Origin: Chloroherpetonaceae bacterium
GTDB taxonomy: Bacteria > Bacteroidota > Chlorobiia > Chlorobiales > Thermochlorobacteraceae
Assembly: GCA_033763895.1 (NCBI GenBank)
Contig: JANRJQ010000014.1
Coordinates: 68,926-132,925 of the forward strand
Direction of reading: 5' to 3'
Length of the DNA stretch: 64,000 nucleotides
Shown here piece by piece: positions 42,584-52,189 of this stretch. The notes under the pieces are model-generated. The model worked only from the letters and a program-made list of their open reading frames with translations. It was not told the origin of the DNA and ran no database searches. Numbering within the stretch: position 1 is the first letter of the stretch; each line of letters opens with the position of its first letter. A program made the position numbers and the translations under genes.

Positions 42584-43600
42584 ATGATCAAAAAAATCAT
42601 CTTAGGCATTTTTGCCTTTTTTATTGCGCTACTTGCCGGAGCGTTTGTTTTCTTTCAATCTACCTTCCCAAAAGTTGCCCCACCGGAATCCATTACCGTA
42701 GAAGCCACGCCCGAGCGATTGGCGCGCGGGAAATATTTGGCGCACAGTGTTGCGGTGTGTATCGACTGCCACAGCACGCGCGATTGGCAGTATTTTTCAG
42801 GCCCGCCCAAGCCCGGAACCTTCGGGCAAGGCGGTGAGCTTTTTGGCGAAGAGATGGGATTCCCCGGCAGCATTTACGCCCGCAATATCACACCCGCCGC
42901 GCTTTCTTCGTGGCGCGATGGCGAGCTGATTCGCGCCATTCGCAACGGGGTTGATAAACACGGCCACGGCCTTTTTCCCATTATGCCATACCCAAATTAT
43001 CAATCGCTTTCGAAAGAAGATGTGTATTCGATTGTGGCGTACATTCGCACTTTAGCACCCGTGACTTACACCCCGCCAAAAACCAAACTTAACTTTCCCT
43101 TAAACTTCATTGTAGAAACAATGCCCAGCGACCACGACTACGGCGTGATGCCCGAGCACTCCGATACCGTGGCTTATGGTAAATATCTCTTTACCGTTGC
43201 CGGCTGTTCCGATTGCCACACGCCAAATAAAAAGCATGATGGCCCACCCGAAAAAGATATGGAGCGATACCTTGCCGGCGGCTTTGAATTCCCGGTGCCG
43301 TGGGGGATGCTTCGCTCAACCAATATCACGCCCGATAAGGAAACCGGCATTGGCCTTTGGACACGCGAGCAATTTGTGGGCAAATTCAAAACCTATGCGC
43401 CGGAAGAAAAGAAACGAATGGAATCAAAACCGCCGTTTGATGAAACACGCTACAACAGCATTATGCCTTGGACAATGTACGCCGATATGACCGAAGAAGA
43501 CCTTTCCGCAATCTACGCCTATCTGCAAACCGTAAAACCGATTCACCAAAAAGTGAAGCGATACAGTGCCGAAGGGATGGTCATTTCACAAGCGAAATAA
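42584..43600 (+). CDS. Membrane-anchored dihaem c-type cytochrome
   Basis: N-terminal TM segment and two CxxCH motifs (CIDCH, CSDCH). Confidence 0.85.
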   Translation: MIKKIILGIFAFFIALLAGAFVFFQSTFPKVAPPESITVEATPERLARGKYLAHSVAVCIDCHSTRDWQYFSGPPKPGTFGQGGELFGEEMGFPGSIYARNITPAALSSWRDGELIRAIRNGVDKHGHGLFPIMPYPNYQSLSKEDVYSIVAYIRTLAPVTYTPPKTKLNFPLNFIVETMPSDHDYGVMPEHSDTVAYGKYLFTVAGCSDCHTPNKKHDGPPEKDMERYLAGGFEFPVPWGMLRSTNITPDKETGIGLWTREQFVGKFKTYAPEEKKRMESKPPFDETRYNSIMPWTMYADMTEEDLSAIYAYLQTVKPIHQKVKRYSAEGMVISQAK

Positions 43601-43662
43601 CCGGGTGAATGAAATGCAAAAAGCGAGGGACTCCCTCGCTTTTCTTTGCACTTAAACTTGTA

Positions 43663-44046
43663 TTAAATCCGCTCCAATCTCTCTCTTCGTTTCTCGCTCT
43701 GCACTTCTCCCGTATTGATAGTTCCTGCGGGCTCGAAGAGCATCACCTCCACCTCGTCATCGGCAACAGGCCGGTGCTCCACACCTTTGGGAACAATCAG
43801 AAATTCCCCTTCCGAAAGTTCAACACTTCCTTGGCGAAACTCCATCCTAAATTTTCCGCGAATCACAAAAAACAGTTCGTCTTCGTTCTCATGACTATGC
43901 CACACAAATTCCCCTTGAAACTTCACTACTTTCACTTCCTGCCCATTGAGTGCACCCAGAATTCTTGGGTTCCAATAATCATGAAATAAGGAAAACTTTT
44001 GCTTTACATTCACTTTTAACGGCAGGTGTTGAACTTTTTTTTCCAT
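43663..44046 (-). CDS. Cupin-domain protein
   Basis: 127 aa with WHSHENEDELFFVIRGKF...VPKGVEHRP (cupin motifs 1 and 2). Confidence 0.8.
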   Translation of the reverse strand: MEKKVQHLPLKVNVKQKFSLFHDYWNPRILGALNGQEVKVVKFQGEFVWHSHENEDELFFVIRGKFRMEFRQGSVELSEGEFLIVPKGVEHRPVADDEVEVMLFEPAGTINTGEVQSEKRRERLERI

Positions 44047-44089
44047 CTTTAGAATGAAGACGAATGAATTTGATTAATTTTGTAACTCT

Positions 44090-44162
44090 TGAGGAGTGGC
44101 CAAATTGGTAAGGCTCCTGATTCTGGATCAGGCAATTGTAGGTTCGAGTCCTACCTCCTCAG
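44090..44162 (+). tRNA. tRNA-Gln (anticodon CUG)
   Basis: Cloverleaf folded by hand: acceptor tgaggag/ctcctca, anticodon arm cctga-ttCTGga-tcagg, T arm gtagg-ttcgagt-cctac. No CCA is encoded. Confidence 0.9.
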
Positions 44163-44177
44163 CTTATTCAATATAAT

Positions 44178-44200
44178 CCCTTCTTTTGAAGGGTTTTTTT
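44178..44200 (+). terminator. Rho-independent terminator after tRNA-Gln
   Basis: cccttc-tttt-gaaggg followed by T7. Confidence 0.6.
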
Positions 44201-44283
44201 ATTTGTGCTCAACTATCTTAAGAAATTCTAAGCCAAGAAGTGAAATTTTAATACAATTGACAACCGCCCAATATCATTGATTT

Positions 44284-45051
44284 ATGGATATTTTTTTTGC
44301 ACCACCTGAATTTTGCTTTATAAATGAGCGGCGTATTCTCCTTGACGAAGATGAATCGAGACACGCGGTTGATGTTCTCCGAAAAAAGGTAGGCGATGAA
44401 ATCATTTGCACCAACGGACGTGGCTCTCGGTTTTATTGCACCATAGAAGAGATTCGAAAGCATTCTCTTTCGGCATCCATCGTTCAAATTGAGGAAGAAC
44501 CTGAGAACACTACAAAAGTCAGCATAGCGATGTCCACGCTTCGCGTTCCCGATCGCTTTGAGTTCTTTCTTGAAAAAGTCACCGAACTTGGCGTGACTGA
44601 AATTATCCCAATGCTTTTGGAGCGCAGTGTCTCGCGCCCCAAGGAATCAAAGCAGCAAGGCAAGCATGAGCGATGGGAGAGGCTTATTATCTCTGCTGGA
44701 AAGCAATCCCGGAGATTTCATTTTCCACGCTTACATCCCCTTACCACTTTAAGCCAAGCCATTGAGATGAGTCAACTTGCCGATCATCGCCTTTTTTTTG
44801 ATGAGAATCATGAGGGAACCTCTCTGCTACCTCAGTCTTTCACCAATCAACATACATTTTTCATTATCGGAGGTGAAGGAGGGTTTTCAGTAGAAGAACG
44901 TTCCCAAATTCTGAACTCAGGCTTTGCACCGATTTCTTTAGGAAAAGAAATTTTAAGGGCTGAAACCGCAGGTATCTTTGCGGCAAGTTTAGCGAAAGCC
45001 TCGGAGCTCATGAGCCTTCACAATCCTGAAATCCATCGGCGTCATGACTGA
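44284..45051 (+). CDS. rsmE: 16S rRNA (uracil1498-N3)-methyltransferase
   Basis: 255 aa with an N-terminal PUA-like region (ESRHAVDVLRKKVGDEI) and a C-terminal SPOUT part (FIIGGEGGFS..E...LGKEILRAETA). Confidence 0.85.
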   Translation: MDIFFAPPEFCFINERRILLDEDESRHAVDVLRKKVGDEIICTNGRGSRFYCTIEEIRKHSLSASIVQIEEEPENTTKVSIAMSTLRVPDRFEFFLEKVTELGVTEIIPMLLERSVSRPKESKQQGKHERWERLIISAGKQSRRFHFPRLHPLTTLSQAIEMSQLADHRLFFDENHEGTSLLPQSFTNQHTFFIIGGEGGFSVEERSQILNSGFAPISLGKEILRAETAGIFAASLAKASELMSLHNPEIHRRHD

Positions 45052-46069
45052 ATTTCTGCAATCACCTGAACTTGCGCCGTTCGCTGAAAAAATCCTTGAA
45101 GGCAATATTGCCGCTCTCTCAAGAGCGATCACTTTAGCCGAAAGCCATTTGCCACATCATCAGGAATTCACGGCTGCATTGATGGAGCACCTTTCTGCTC
45201 AAGTTACCCTCGCTCGATCCTTTCGCCTTGGAATTACGGGGGTTCCGGGTGTTGGGAAAAGCTCTTTCATTGAGTCGTTTGGTCAATTAATGCTTGACCA
45301 TTATGCAGCAATCGGGGAGCCTTCTAAACTTGCGGTTCTTAGTATCGACCCTTCCAGCCAACGAACCAAAGGAAGCATTCTTGGAGATAAAGTGAGGATG
45401 GAGTCGCTTGCGCGCCGCGCTGATGTGTTTATTCGACCTTCACCAACCGGCGGTGTTTTGGGCGGTGTTGCCCGTTCCACCCGCGAATCCATTGCACTCT
45501 GCGAAGCTGCCGGTTTCTCCCTCATATTTGTTGAAACCGTAGGGGTTGGGCAATCAGAAATCGCTGTTCATTCGCTCACCGATGCAATGCTGCTGCTTTT
45601 ATTGGCTGGTGCCGGCGATGAACTTCAAGGAATGAAACGAGGGATAATGGAAATGATTGACTTTGCCGTCATTAACAAAGCAGACGGCGAAAACAAAACG
45701 CGAGCGTTGCTTGCAAAACAAATGGCTTCAGATGCTCTCCATTATTTGCCAAAGTCTCCTTCCGGCTGGGCCGCTGCGACTCACGCCGTTTCTTCTCTCA
45801 ACGGGGAAGGGCTTAGTCAACTCTTACATGATCTTTTAGAATTTAGAGCCTTTGTTGAAAAAACCGGATGGATTACGCGCAATCGTGAATCTCAATCCAT
45901 CGCTTGGTTTCGAGAGACGGCAGAACGGGAGTGGTGGCATCACTTGGAATCGAATTCACGTTTCGACGCACTCTTCAAAGAATTTGAAACGGCGATTGCC
46001 AAACGAAATCTTTCTCCTTTTTATGCGGCAAAATTATTTCTTCGCCGTTTGAAAGACGAGTTACCTTGA
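45044..46069 (+). CDS. meaB: Methylmalonyl-CoA mutase-associated GTPase MeaB/ArgK
   Basis: P-loop GVPGVGKSS, then VETVGVGQSE and the NKAD motif. Confidence 0.85.
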   Translation: MTEFLQSPELAPFAEKILEGNIAALSRAITLAESHLPHHQEFTAALMEHLSAQVTLARSFRLGITGVPGVGKSSFIESFGQLMLDHYAAIGEPSKLAVLSIDPSSQRTKGSILGDKVRMESLARRADVFIRPSPTGGVLGGVARSTRESIALCEAAGFSLIFVETVGVGQSEIAVHSLTDAMLLLLLAGAGDELQGMKRGIMEMIDFAVINKADGENKTRALLAKQMASDALHYLPKSPSGWAAATHAVSSLNGEGLSQLLHDLLEFRAFVEKTGWITRNRESQSIAWFRETAEREWWHHLESNSRFDALFKEFETAIAKRNLSPFYAAKLFLRRLKDELP

Positions 46070-46124
46070 TTGGCTTTTGATATAACAGAATCTCTAATCA
46101 TATTTTTTAATACACGGTTACGAT

Positions 46125-46517
46125 TTATAATTCTTTTGTCGGGAAAAATTTCCAAATGATTAAAGCCAGTAAAATTCCCAGTAAATCTGCATTCAAATCC
46201 ATTATCTCTGCCGAGCGGCCGGGGGTAAAGAGTTGATGGGTTTCGTCACTGATTGCATATAGAAGGGTCACCATAAATGCTGTTGAAAATGGGTGTTCCG
46301 AGGCATCCTTGAACCGAGTTTGAAACCGAAGCGCATGAAGTGTTGAAAAGGCAAGCACAAAATATGCTCCTGTATGAATGAGTTTATCGTGAGTGAAAAT
46401 ATCGCCTTTGGGTAACGCTTGCGCAGGCAATGACGATTGAATAAAAATTGCAAGGGCAAAAATTATTGCAGGAACTTGATTCTTTAAAAATTTCATTTTT
46501 ATCTTTTGACTAACCAC
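46125..46517 (-). CDS. VanZ-family membrane protein
   Basis: 130 aa with DKLIHTGAYFVLAF and DETHQLFTPGRSAEIMDLNADLLG. Confidence 0.8.
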   Translation of the reverse strand: MVSQKIKMKFLKNQVPAIIFALAIFIQSSLPAQALPKGDIFTHDKLIHTGAYFVLAFSTLHALRFQTRFKDASEHPFSTAFMVTLLYAISDETHQLFTPGRSAEIMDLNADLLGILLALIIWKFFPTKEL

Positions 46518-48154
46518 CGTTCGGGGTCAACTTTTTCTTTACCACGCCAAACCTCAAAGTGAACCAACGCTCCGCCCTCTGGCGAATCGCCTGCGGTTCC
46601 AATTAAAGTTCCGCCATTAACTTGCTCTCCTTTCGCCACTTTGATTTCTTCTACATTCGCATAAACTGTAATAAATGAAGAGGGATGACGAATAAGCACG
46701 ATATTCCCGAAAGTCGGCAAATAGGAAATTAAGGTGACCACCCCTCCAGCAACAGCATACACCGCGCTGCCTTTACTCACCGATATATCGACTCCATTAT
46801 TGAACGAAACCGTTTTCAGTTCTTTGTTTTCGATTTGTCCATATTCTCGAATGACCACACCGGCACGAACAGGCCAAGGCAATTTACCTTGCAAACGCGC
46901 AATGTCTGAGCCTTCTGGAAAGGTATAGTCTGCTTCAGGAATTTTTCTTCCCTCTTCTTTATTCGGATTTCCTGCAAGAGCGCTTTCCCGCCGCTCCTTT
47001 TCTTCGCGCTCTCGCTTTTCACGCTCAGCGATTTCTCGCTCAATTAGGCGCTGAATTTCCACTTGAAGATTTCGACGCTTTTCCTCTGCGCGTTGAATCT
47101 CAGTTTGAAACCGCGTTTTATCAAGCCTCAGTTTTCCAATCAATTTCTCGCGGTCTTGCTTGGCATTCTCCATTGAAGACGCCTGATCCTTCTTCGATTT
47201 CAACACTCTCGCATTCTCTGCATATCGCTCGTTCAGTCCTTGTTTCACCAACGCAATTTCATTTTTTCTTTGCTCAATATCCTTAAGCTTTAACTTCCCA
47301 GCTTGTTGGAATTGACGAATATATTCGCTTCGAATCAAGCCTTGATTGAGGCTCGAAGCTGAAAACAACAGTTCCGTATTGCTTCGCTGGCCGTATTTAT
47401 AGATTCCAACCGCATACCGCGCATAATCATCTTGGAGTTTCTTAAGGTTAAGTTCAAGCTTAGCCAGTTCGGTTTGCTGTTTTTCTATTTCTGTTGCAAT
47501 TGCATGCAAGTTATCTTCTTGTTCATTGATGATAACCCGATACACCTCAATTTGCCTCGAAAGATTCTCCATCGCCATCACTGATTCTGTCTCTGATTCG
47601 GTCGCAGCTTTGATTTTCTCTCGATATTCACTCACTTGTTTTTCAAGCAATTTCAGGTTTGCCTCAATCTCCCTTCGATTTCTGGGTTTGCGTGATAGCA
47701 AAACACTCTCGCTAGTTCTTCCTTTGTCTCGCGAAATGGAATTGGACTTAGGTTGATTTCCTTTCCTTTTTATCGCTATACCATTTGCTTTTTTCTTACC
47801 CGGCTTCAATTTTGATTGTGCCTTCGATACCGGCTTCCTTTTTATTGCAGAGGGGTTCTTTTTTGTGGAAGTACTTGATGGAGCAGGTTTTTTTTGTGAA
47901 GGCTTACCCAAAAGCGTAAAGTAAGTGAATTCAAATGAACAACAGGCTATATTCAAAAACACTCCGTAGATTAGTGTTTGTAACAACAACACCCTCTTTT
48001 GAATGGTAAGAATCTGGATTTTTCTGTGTTTAAAATTCTCTTTCTGCACTCGCTTAGGAATGGTTATCGAAAACCGGAAATTAAAGAAAGACCGAATCAA
48101 CAAGTGGAATTTGATATTAACGTAGCTTAAACGAAATCGGAATTGTGATAACAC
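46499..48154 (-). CDS. EnvC-like murein hydrolase activator / M23 peptidase (coiled coil plus LytM domain); start uncertain
   Basis: Long coiled-coil region and a C-terminal LytM domain (GVDISVSKGSAVYAVAGGVV...GNIVLIRH...LVHFEVW). The first roughly 40 codons of the tracked ORF overlap the upstream gene and are probably not translated. Confidence 0.8.
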   Translation of the reverse strand: MLSQFRFRLSYVNIKFHLLIRSFFNFRFSITIPKRVQKENFKHRKIQILTIQKRVLLLQTLIYGVFLNIACCSFEFTYFTLLGKPSQKKPAPSSTSTKKNPSAIKRKPVSKAQSKLKPGKKKANGIAIKRKGNQPKSNSISRDKGRTSESVLLSRKPRNRREIEANLKLLEKQVSEYREKIKAATESETESVMAMENLSRQIEVYRVIINEQEDNLHAIATEIEKQQTELAKLELNLKKLQDDYARYAVGIYKYGQRSNTELLFSASSLNQGLIRSEYIRQFQQAGKLKLKDIEQRKNEIALVKQGLNERYAENARVLKSKKDQASSMENAKQDREKLIGKLRLDKTRFQTEIQRAEEKRRNLQVEIQRLIEREIAEREKREREEKERRESALAGNPNKEEGRKIPEADYTFPEGSDIARLQGKLPWPVRAGVVIREYGQIENKELKTVSFNNGVDISVSKGSAVYAVAGGVVTLISYLPTFGNIVLIRHPSSFITVYANVEEIKVAKGEQVNGGTLIGTAGDSPEGGALVHFEVWRGKEKVDPERWLVKR

Positions 48155-48977
48155 TTGGCACCGGTTTCCCGTCCATTATGGCAGATTTAAATTTCACTTC
48201 TTCCGTAATGACGCGAAATACTTCTTCATTCAACAATGGGCTTGCCGAGCTGATGAGAAGCACCTGAGAAACATTCCCCTCACGATCAACCGCTATTCGA
48301 ACAACGACCTTCCCCTCAATTCCCGCTTTTTCAGCAGCCATTGGATAAACAAGTTTCTTATAAATTGTTTCCATTCCTCCTTCTACCTCAATTTCCTTTT
48401 CTGCAATCGTAAATTCAGATTCAGCAAATGTTTTTGCGTTGGCTTCGGCTTGTTTCATAGCAATTGCCAAAGATTCATCCTTCTGTTGGGCTGTGAATGG
48501 TGATGCTGGAGTTTCTGAAGTCTTAGCTTCATTGGGTTGTGAATCTTGCGCTTTTGAAGGAGAGGAAGTTATGGCACTCACGCGTTCCTTTGGCTTGTCT
48601 TCGCGCTTGGGTTTTGATTCCACAGGCACAGGCTGTGACGGTGAAATTGAGGCTACAATTGGCTCAACCCCTAATCGAATATCAAGACGCTGAGTTTGTT
48701 CACTTGAAATCGTAATATTTTGTCTCCACGGCGTAGTGCCACGGCGAGACGCTTTTAACTCATAATTTCCTTCGGGAACGGCCAAGAAAACATAATAACC
48801 TTTTGCGTTTGAAATAGTAGCTTGCGATGACGCAGAACCTGAAATAAACACGGCAACACCTGAAACAGGAGCTCCATCTTTATTTACAATTTGCCCCATC
48901 AATTTCCCTTGTGACAAAAGCTCGCCACTTGAAAATCCTGTTAAGAATAGGAAAAACCAACCTATGAATTTTTTCAT
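48117..48977 (-). CDS. CarboxypepD_reg-like domain + low-complexity linker + TonB C-terminal domain protein (paralogue 1)
   Basis: Signal peptide. The N-domain reads GQIVNKDGAPVSGVAVFISG..ATISNAKGYYVFLAVPEGNYELKASRRG. The C-terminus carries a TonB_C-like (Y)P..A...GIEGKVVVRIAVDREGNV...G.PV. Confidence 0.75.
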   Translation of the reverse strand: MKKFIGWFFLFLTGFSSGELLSQGKLMGQIVNKDGAPVSGVAVFISGSASSQATISNAKGYYVFLAVPEGNYELKASRRGTTPWRQNITISSEQTQRLDIRLGVEPIVASISPSQPVPVESKPKREDKPKERVSAITSSPSKAQDSQPNEAKTSETPASPFTAQQKDESLAIAMKQAEANAKTFAESEFTIAEKEIEVEGGMETIYKKLVYPMAAEKAGIEGKVVVRIAVDREGNVSQVLLISSASPLLNEEVFRVITEEVKFKSAIMDGKPVPSVITIPISFKLR

Positions 48978-49070
48978 GATTCAGATTATTTAGCCATTCA
49001 ATCAAGGTTTAAGAGATTATTTAGCGCCCCTTGTCAGGTTTGAGATGAAACAACTCATTTCATCGAAATA

Positions 49071-49099
49071 AAAAAAGCCGACTTTCACTCGGCTTTTTT
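49071..49099. terminator. Rho-independent terminator (A-run/hairpin/T-run)
   Basis: gccga-7 nt-tcggc flanked by A6 and T6, downstream of the minus-strand gene that ends at 49161. Confidence 0.55.
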
Positions 49100-49160
49100 A
49101 TTCGAACCCGATTCAATAATCGGCCGAGAATTTACAATCCGCAAAAGAATGCCGGATGGA

Positions 49161-50102
49161 TTACTGCTTTAACTTGAACATAATGGGAATGGTCATAATA
49201 CCAATCACCGGTTTACCGGCCGAAGTAGCAGGCGTGAATTGAACTTCTTCGGTCAATACTCGAACCACTTCATCACTCAAAAGTTTACTGGGCGATTTCA
49301 TCACATCCAATCGAGAAATCACTCCTTGCGGGGCAATGTAAACCCTTACAATCACTTGCCCTTGAATTCCGGTTCGCTCGGCATCGCGAGGGTAAGTAAT
49401 GTTTTTGTACACAGCAGTCATACCTCCAATAATATCAACTTGCGTATCCATTGAGGCTGCTCCATTTTCCATTTGAGTTAGGGTTTCCTCTTCCCTTTGC
49501 GCCTGCTCGACCGCCAGTTGCAAATCATTATCAACAGGTTTCGGTTGTGGTGCATTGATGACTGATGCATTCGGTTGCGAACTTGCCACTTGATTTTGTG
49601 CAGGAATCGGCCTTTCTTCCTTTTGTTGCTTTTCACGAGTTTGAGGTGATGAACCCGGCTTCACTTCTTCACGCTTGCGTTCAACGGAGGTCGAAGTGAC
49701 CGCCACCGCATTTGTGACAACACCTGAAGGCGATTCTCCTAATTTCATATCAATACGATGCGTTTGAGCAGATTGAACTTGCACTGAACTTTTCCAGTTT
49801 GGCAAACCCCGCCTCGTTGCCTTCACTTCGTAAGTTCCTTCGGGAACAGAAAGAAAAACATAGTAGCCTTGTGCATTTGAAATTGTGGCTTGTGTGGCTT
49901 GCTGACTCGAAATAAACACCGTAGCGCCGGAAACAGGATTCCCGTCTGTTCCAATAACTTGACCCATAATTCGACCCTGCGCCTGAAGTTCAGTGAAATT
50001 TGAAAGTAAAAGGATTCCAAGCAGAATCACCAAAAAGCAACCTGCATGACTTACTTTCAATTTTATTTCTTGATACAACGAAAGGCGCATTTTTATCATC
50101 AT
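49161..50102 (-). CDS. CarboxypepD_reg-like + TonB C-terminal domain protein (paralogue 2)
   Basis: Same architecture as paralogue 1: GQVIGTDGNPVSGATVFISS..ATISNAQGYYVFLSVPEGTYEVKATRRG, then ...YPRDAERTGIQGQVIVRVYIAPQGVI. Confidence 0.75.
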   Translation of the reverse strand: MMIKMRLSLYQEIKLKVSHAGCFLVILLGILLLSNFTELQAQGRIMGQVIGTDGNPVSGATVFISSQQATQATISNAQGYYVFLSVPEGTYEVKATRRGLPNWKSSVQVQSAQTHRIDMKLGESPSGVVTNAVAVTSTSVERKREEVKPGSSPQTREKQQKEERPIPAQNQVASSQPNASVINAPQPKPVDNDLQLAVEQAQREEETLTQMENGAASMDTQVDIIGGMTAVYKNITYPRDAERTGIQGQVIVRVYIAPQGVISRLDVMKSPSKLLSDEVVRVLTEEVQFTPATSAGKPVIGIMTIPIMFKLKQ

Positions 50103-50464
50103 GTGTTTTAAACCTACTTTTTAATTCGAATTCACTCTCTTCTGAAATTGACATTTCCTGATTACTAATCGAACACTAACATATCCTTAACGGTTCGTTA
50201 ATGAACGATTCTTAACTTTCAATTTTGTCTTAAGGTTATCTCTTAAAAGGTTATCAAATGCCAATAAAATAATCTTCCCAACCTTTCAAGTTGCTGGGAA
50301 TCATTGTTCAGGTGTAATTGGAAAATTCAGTAATACAGAAGGCAAAATTTATGGAAATTGGTGAGAGGAATGGACACCTCTGATTTCCGTGTTTATTTGT
50401 TTTGGATGTAACACAAATATATAGATTTCTTTTTGTTAGATAAAAATTTTAATTATCACGAGAA

Positions 50465-51406
50465 ATGCGCTTACATTTTTTGACTTTTTCCGCTTTAGGG
50501 CTTGTGAATTTGAGGCCGAGTTTCTCAATGACATTAGTTCTCCACTTATCCGGAATTTTATTGTATTGCCTGACACAACACTCACCTCTTTTCTCGCAAA
50601 ATAAAGTCTTAGGGCGTGTTACTGACGGCACCGGAGAACCCGTTTCTGCGGCTACGGTTTCCATATATAATTCTAACTCTACACTCGCTGCGATCTCAAA
50701 TGCGCAAGGCTATGTCGTTTTTCTCAATGTGGGTGATGGAACCTATACCATAAGAGCGACAAAACGAGGGTTACCGGATTGGAAACAATCTCTCAATGTA
50801 AGTGGTGCCATTACAAAACGAATTGAAGTCCGACTCACTGAAGAGGATGTTACTTTAGCTTCAGCGACTCCGTCCGCCACTACTCCTTCGTCGAAAAGAG
50901 AGAAGCCCGCCGCCTCGCAGAAACCTCAAGAACAAAAGAATGAGCCCAAAGTTGCCCAATCCGCAAAGCCCACAGTTCCTTCGGTAACCCCACAGACAGC
51001 ATCATCTCCGTCCCAATCTCCTGCATCGTCACCGGCTGCAAATGGGCCGCAGTTGAAGTCGGATGAAGAGAAAGCCCTTGCCGACGCCGAAGAGGCCCTT
51101 TTGGCAGAGTCGGGAGTTCCAGATACCGAAGCAGAAGTTCAAGGAGGAATCGAAATGGTGCAGCGAAAAATTGTTTATCCTGATGTGGCACGGAAACTTA
51201 AAATATCCGGCAATGTCACAGCAAAAGTCTTTTTAACAAAGGAGGGAACCGTTTCTCGCATTGAGATCCTTAAAGGAACTGCCGAACCGCTTAACAATGA
51301 ATTGATCCGTGTTTTGACCGAAGAAGTGGACTATATTCCTGCAAAAATTAACGGCAACCCTGTTCCTAGCGTACTCGTGGTACCCGTAAAATTTGCAATC
51401 AATTAA
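50465..51406 (+). CDS. CarboxypepD_reg-like + TonB C-terminal domain protein (paralogue 3)
   Basis: GRVTDGTGEPVSAATVSIYNS..AAISNAQGYVVFLNVGDGTYTIRATKRG, then ...YPDVARKLKISGNVTAKVFLTKEGTV. Confidence 0.75.
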   Translation: MRLHFLTFSALGLVNLRPSFSMTLVLHLSGILLYCLTQHSPLFSQNKVLGRVTDGTGEPVSAATVSIYNSNSTLAAISNAQGYVVFLNVGDGTYTIRATKRGLPDWKQSLNVSGAITKRIEVRLTEEDVTLASATPSATTPSSKREKPAASQKPQEQKNEPKVAQSAKPTVPSVTPQTASSPSQSPASSPAANGPQLKSDEEKALADAEEALLAESGVPDTEAEVQGGIEMVQRKIVYPDVARKLKISGNVTAKVFLTKEGTVSRIEILKGTAEPLNNELIRVLTEEVDYIPAKINGNPVPSVLVVPVKFAIN

Positions 51407-51494
51407 TCGTAGCCGTTTTTGGTTTATGATCAGCAATAAGAATCTCAAGTTCCAAATCGCAATTGAGATAACGCATAATCGGTAACGGAAGGGC

Positions 51495-51530
51495 AAAAAA
51501 AAACCTCGCATTTAGCGAGGATTTTTTTTT
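51495..51530. terminator. Bidirectional rho-independent terminator
   Basis: A9-cctcgc-attta-gcgagg-aT9. It serves tRNA-Asn on the minus strand and the plus-strand gene that ends at 51406. Confidence 0.65.
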
Positions 51531-51531
51531 G

Positions 51532-51603
51532 CTCCGCGAGTAGGGCTCGAACCTACAACCCTGCGGTTAACAGCCGCATGCTCTACCATTGAGCTATCGC
51601 GGA
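51532..51603 (-). tRNA. tRNA-Asn (anticodon GUU)
   Basis: The reverse complement folds as tccgcga/tcgcgga acceptor, tgcgg-ctGTTaa-ccgca anticodon arm, and gtagg-ttcgagc-cctac T arm. Confidence 0.9.
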
Positions 51604-51845
51604 AGGTAGATTGAATTGAGGGTGCAAAAATAATACTCCTTTTCATTTTTACAAGAGCAATCTGTGAATTTTTGTCTCAAATTCTAAAACAGCCTTTTGG
51701 CTTTGTTTTTCGAGTTGGATCGGCGGATGATAGTTTTTCATTTCATGTTTTTATGAAATGAATCGCTTTTTGTATCTTCGCAAGATTTTTTCGAAAGCAA
51801 AATGCTACTTTTTTAACACACTAATATCTCATTTTGGAGGAACAA

Positions 51846-52088
51846 ATGACTGCAGAAGAAGTGAAAGCCAAAGTCTATGACATTATCGTCAATAAGATGG
51901 GCGTTGCTAAAGACCAAATTAAAGACGAATCAAAATTCACCGACGACTTAGGTGCAGATTCACTTGATACCGTTGAATTGGTAATGGAGTTCGAAAATCA
52001 ATTTGGAATTCAGATTCCGGATGAAGCTGCCGAAAAAATTTCAACCGTTAAGTCCGCTATAGATTACATCGTTGAAAAGAAGAAGTAA
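51846..52088 (+). CDS. acpP: Acyl carrier protein
   Basis: ATG at 51846, 5 nt after GGAGG. It carries the phosphopantetheine site motif [17 protein letters not shown]. Confidence 0.95.
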   Translation: MTAEEVKAKVYDIIVNKMGVAKDQIKDESKFTDDLGADSLDTVELVMEFENQFGIQIPDEAAEKISTVKSAIDYIVEKKK

Positions 52089-52117
52089 ATTTTCCAACGA
52101 TTAAGAAGCTATTTAAG

Positions 52118-52155
52118 CCCAATTCCGTTTTTAGGAAAACTGAATTGGGTTTTTT
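52118..52155 (+). terminator. Hairpin plus T-run between acpP and fabF (attenuator or partial terminator)
   Basis: cccaattc-16 nt-gaattggg followed by T6. Confidence 0.45.
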
Positions 52156-52189
52156 ATTCCAACCGCTTTTCAAATGACTTGTTGATAAA

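Noticed and set aside
47950-48154. N-terminal part of the M23/EnvC ORF overlapping the TonB-like paralogue
   Set aside because: The sequence is hydrophobic and basic and overlaps the upstream gene's 3' end. The true start is probably a non-ATG codon near the TM segment, but I could not fix it.
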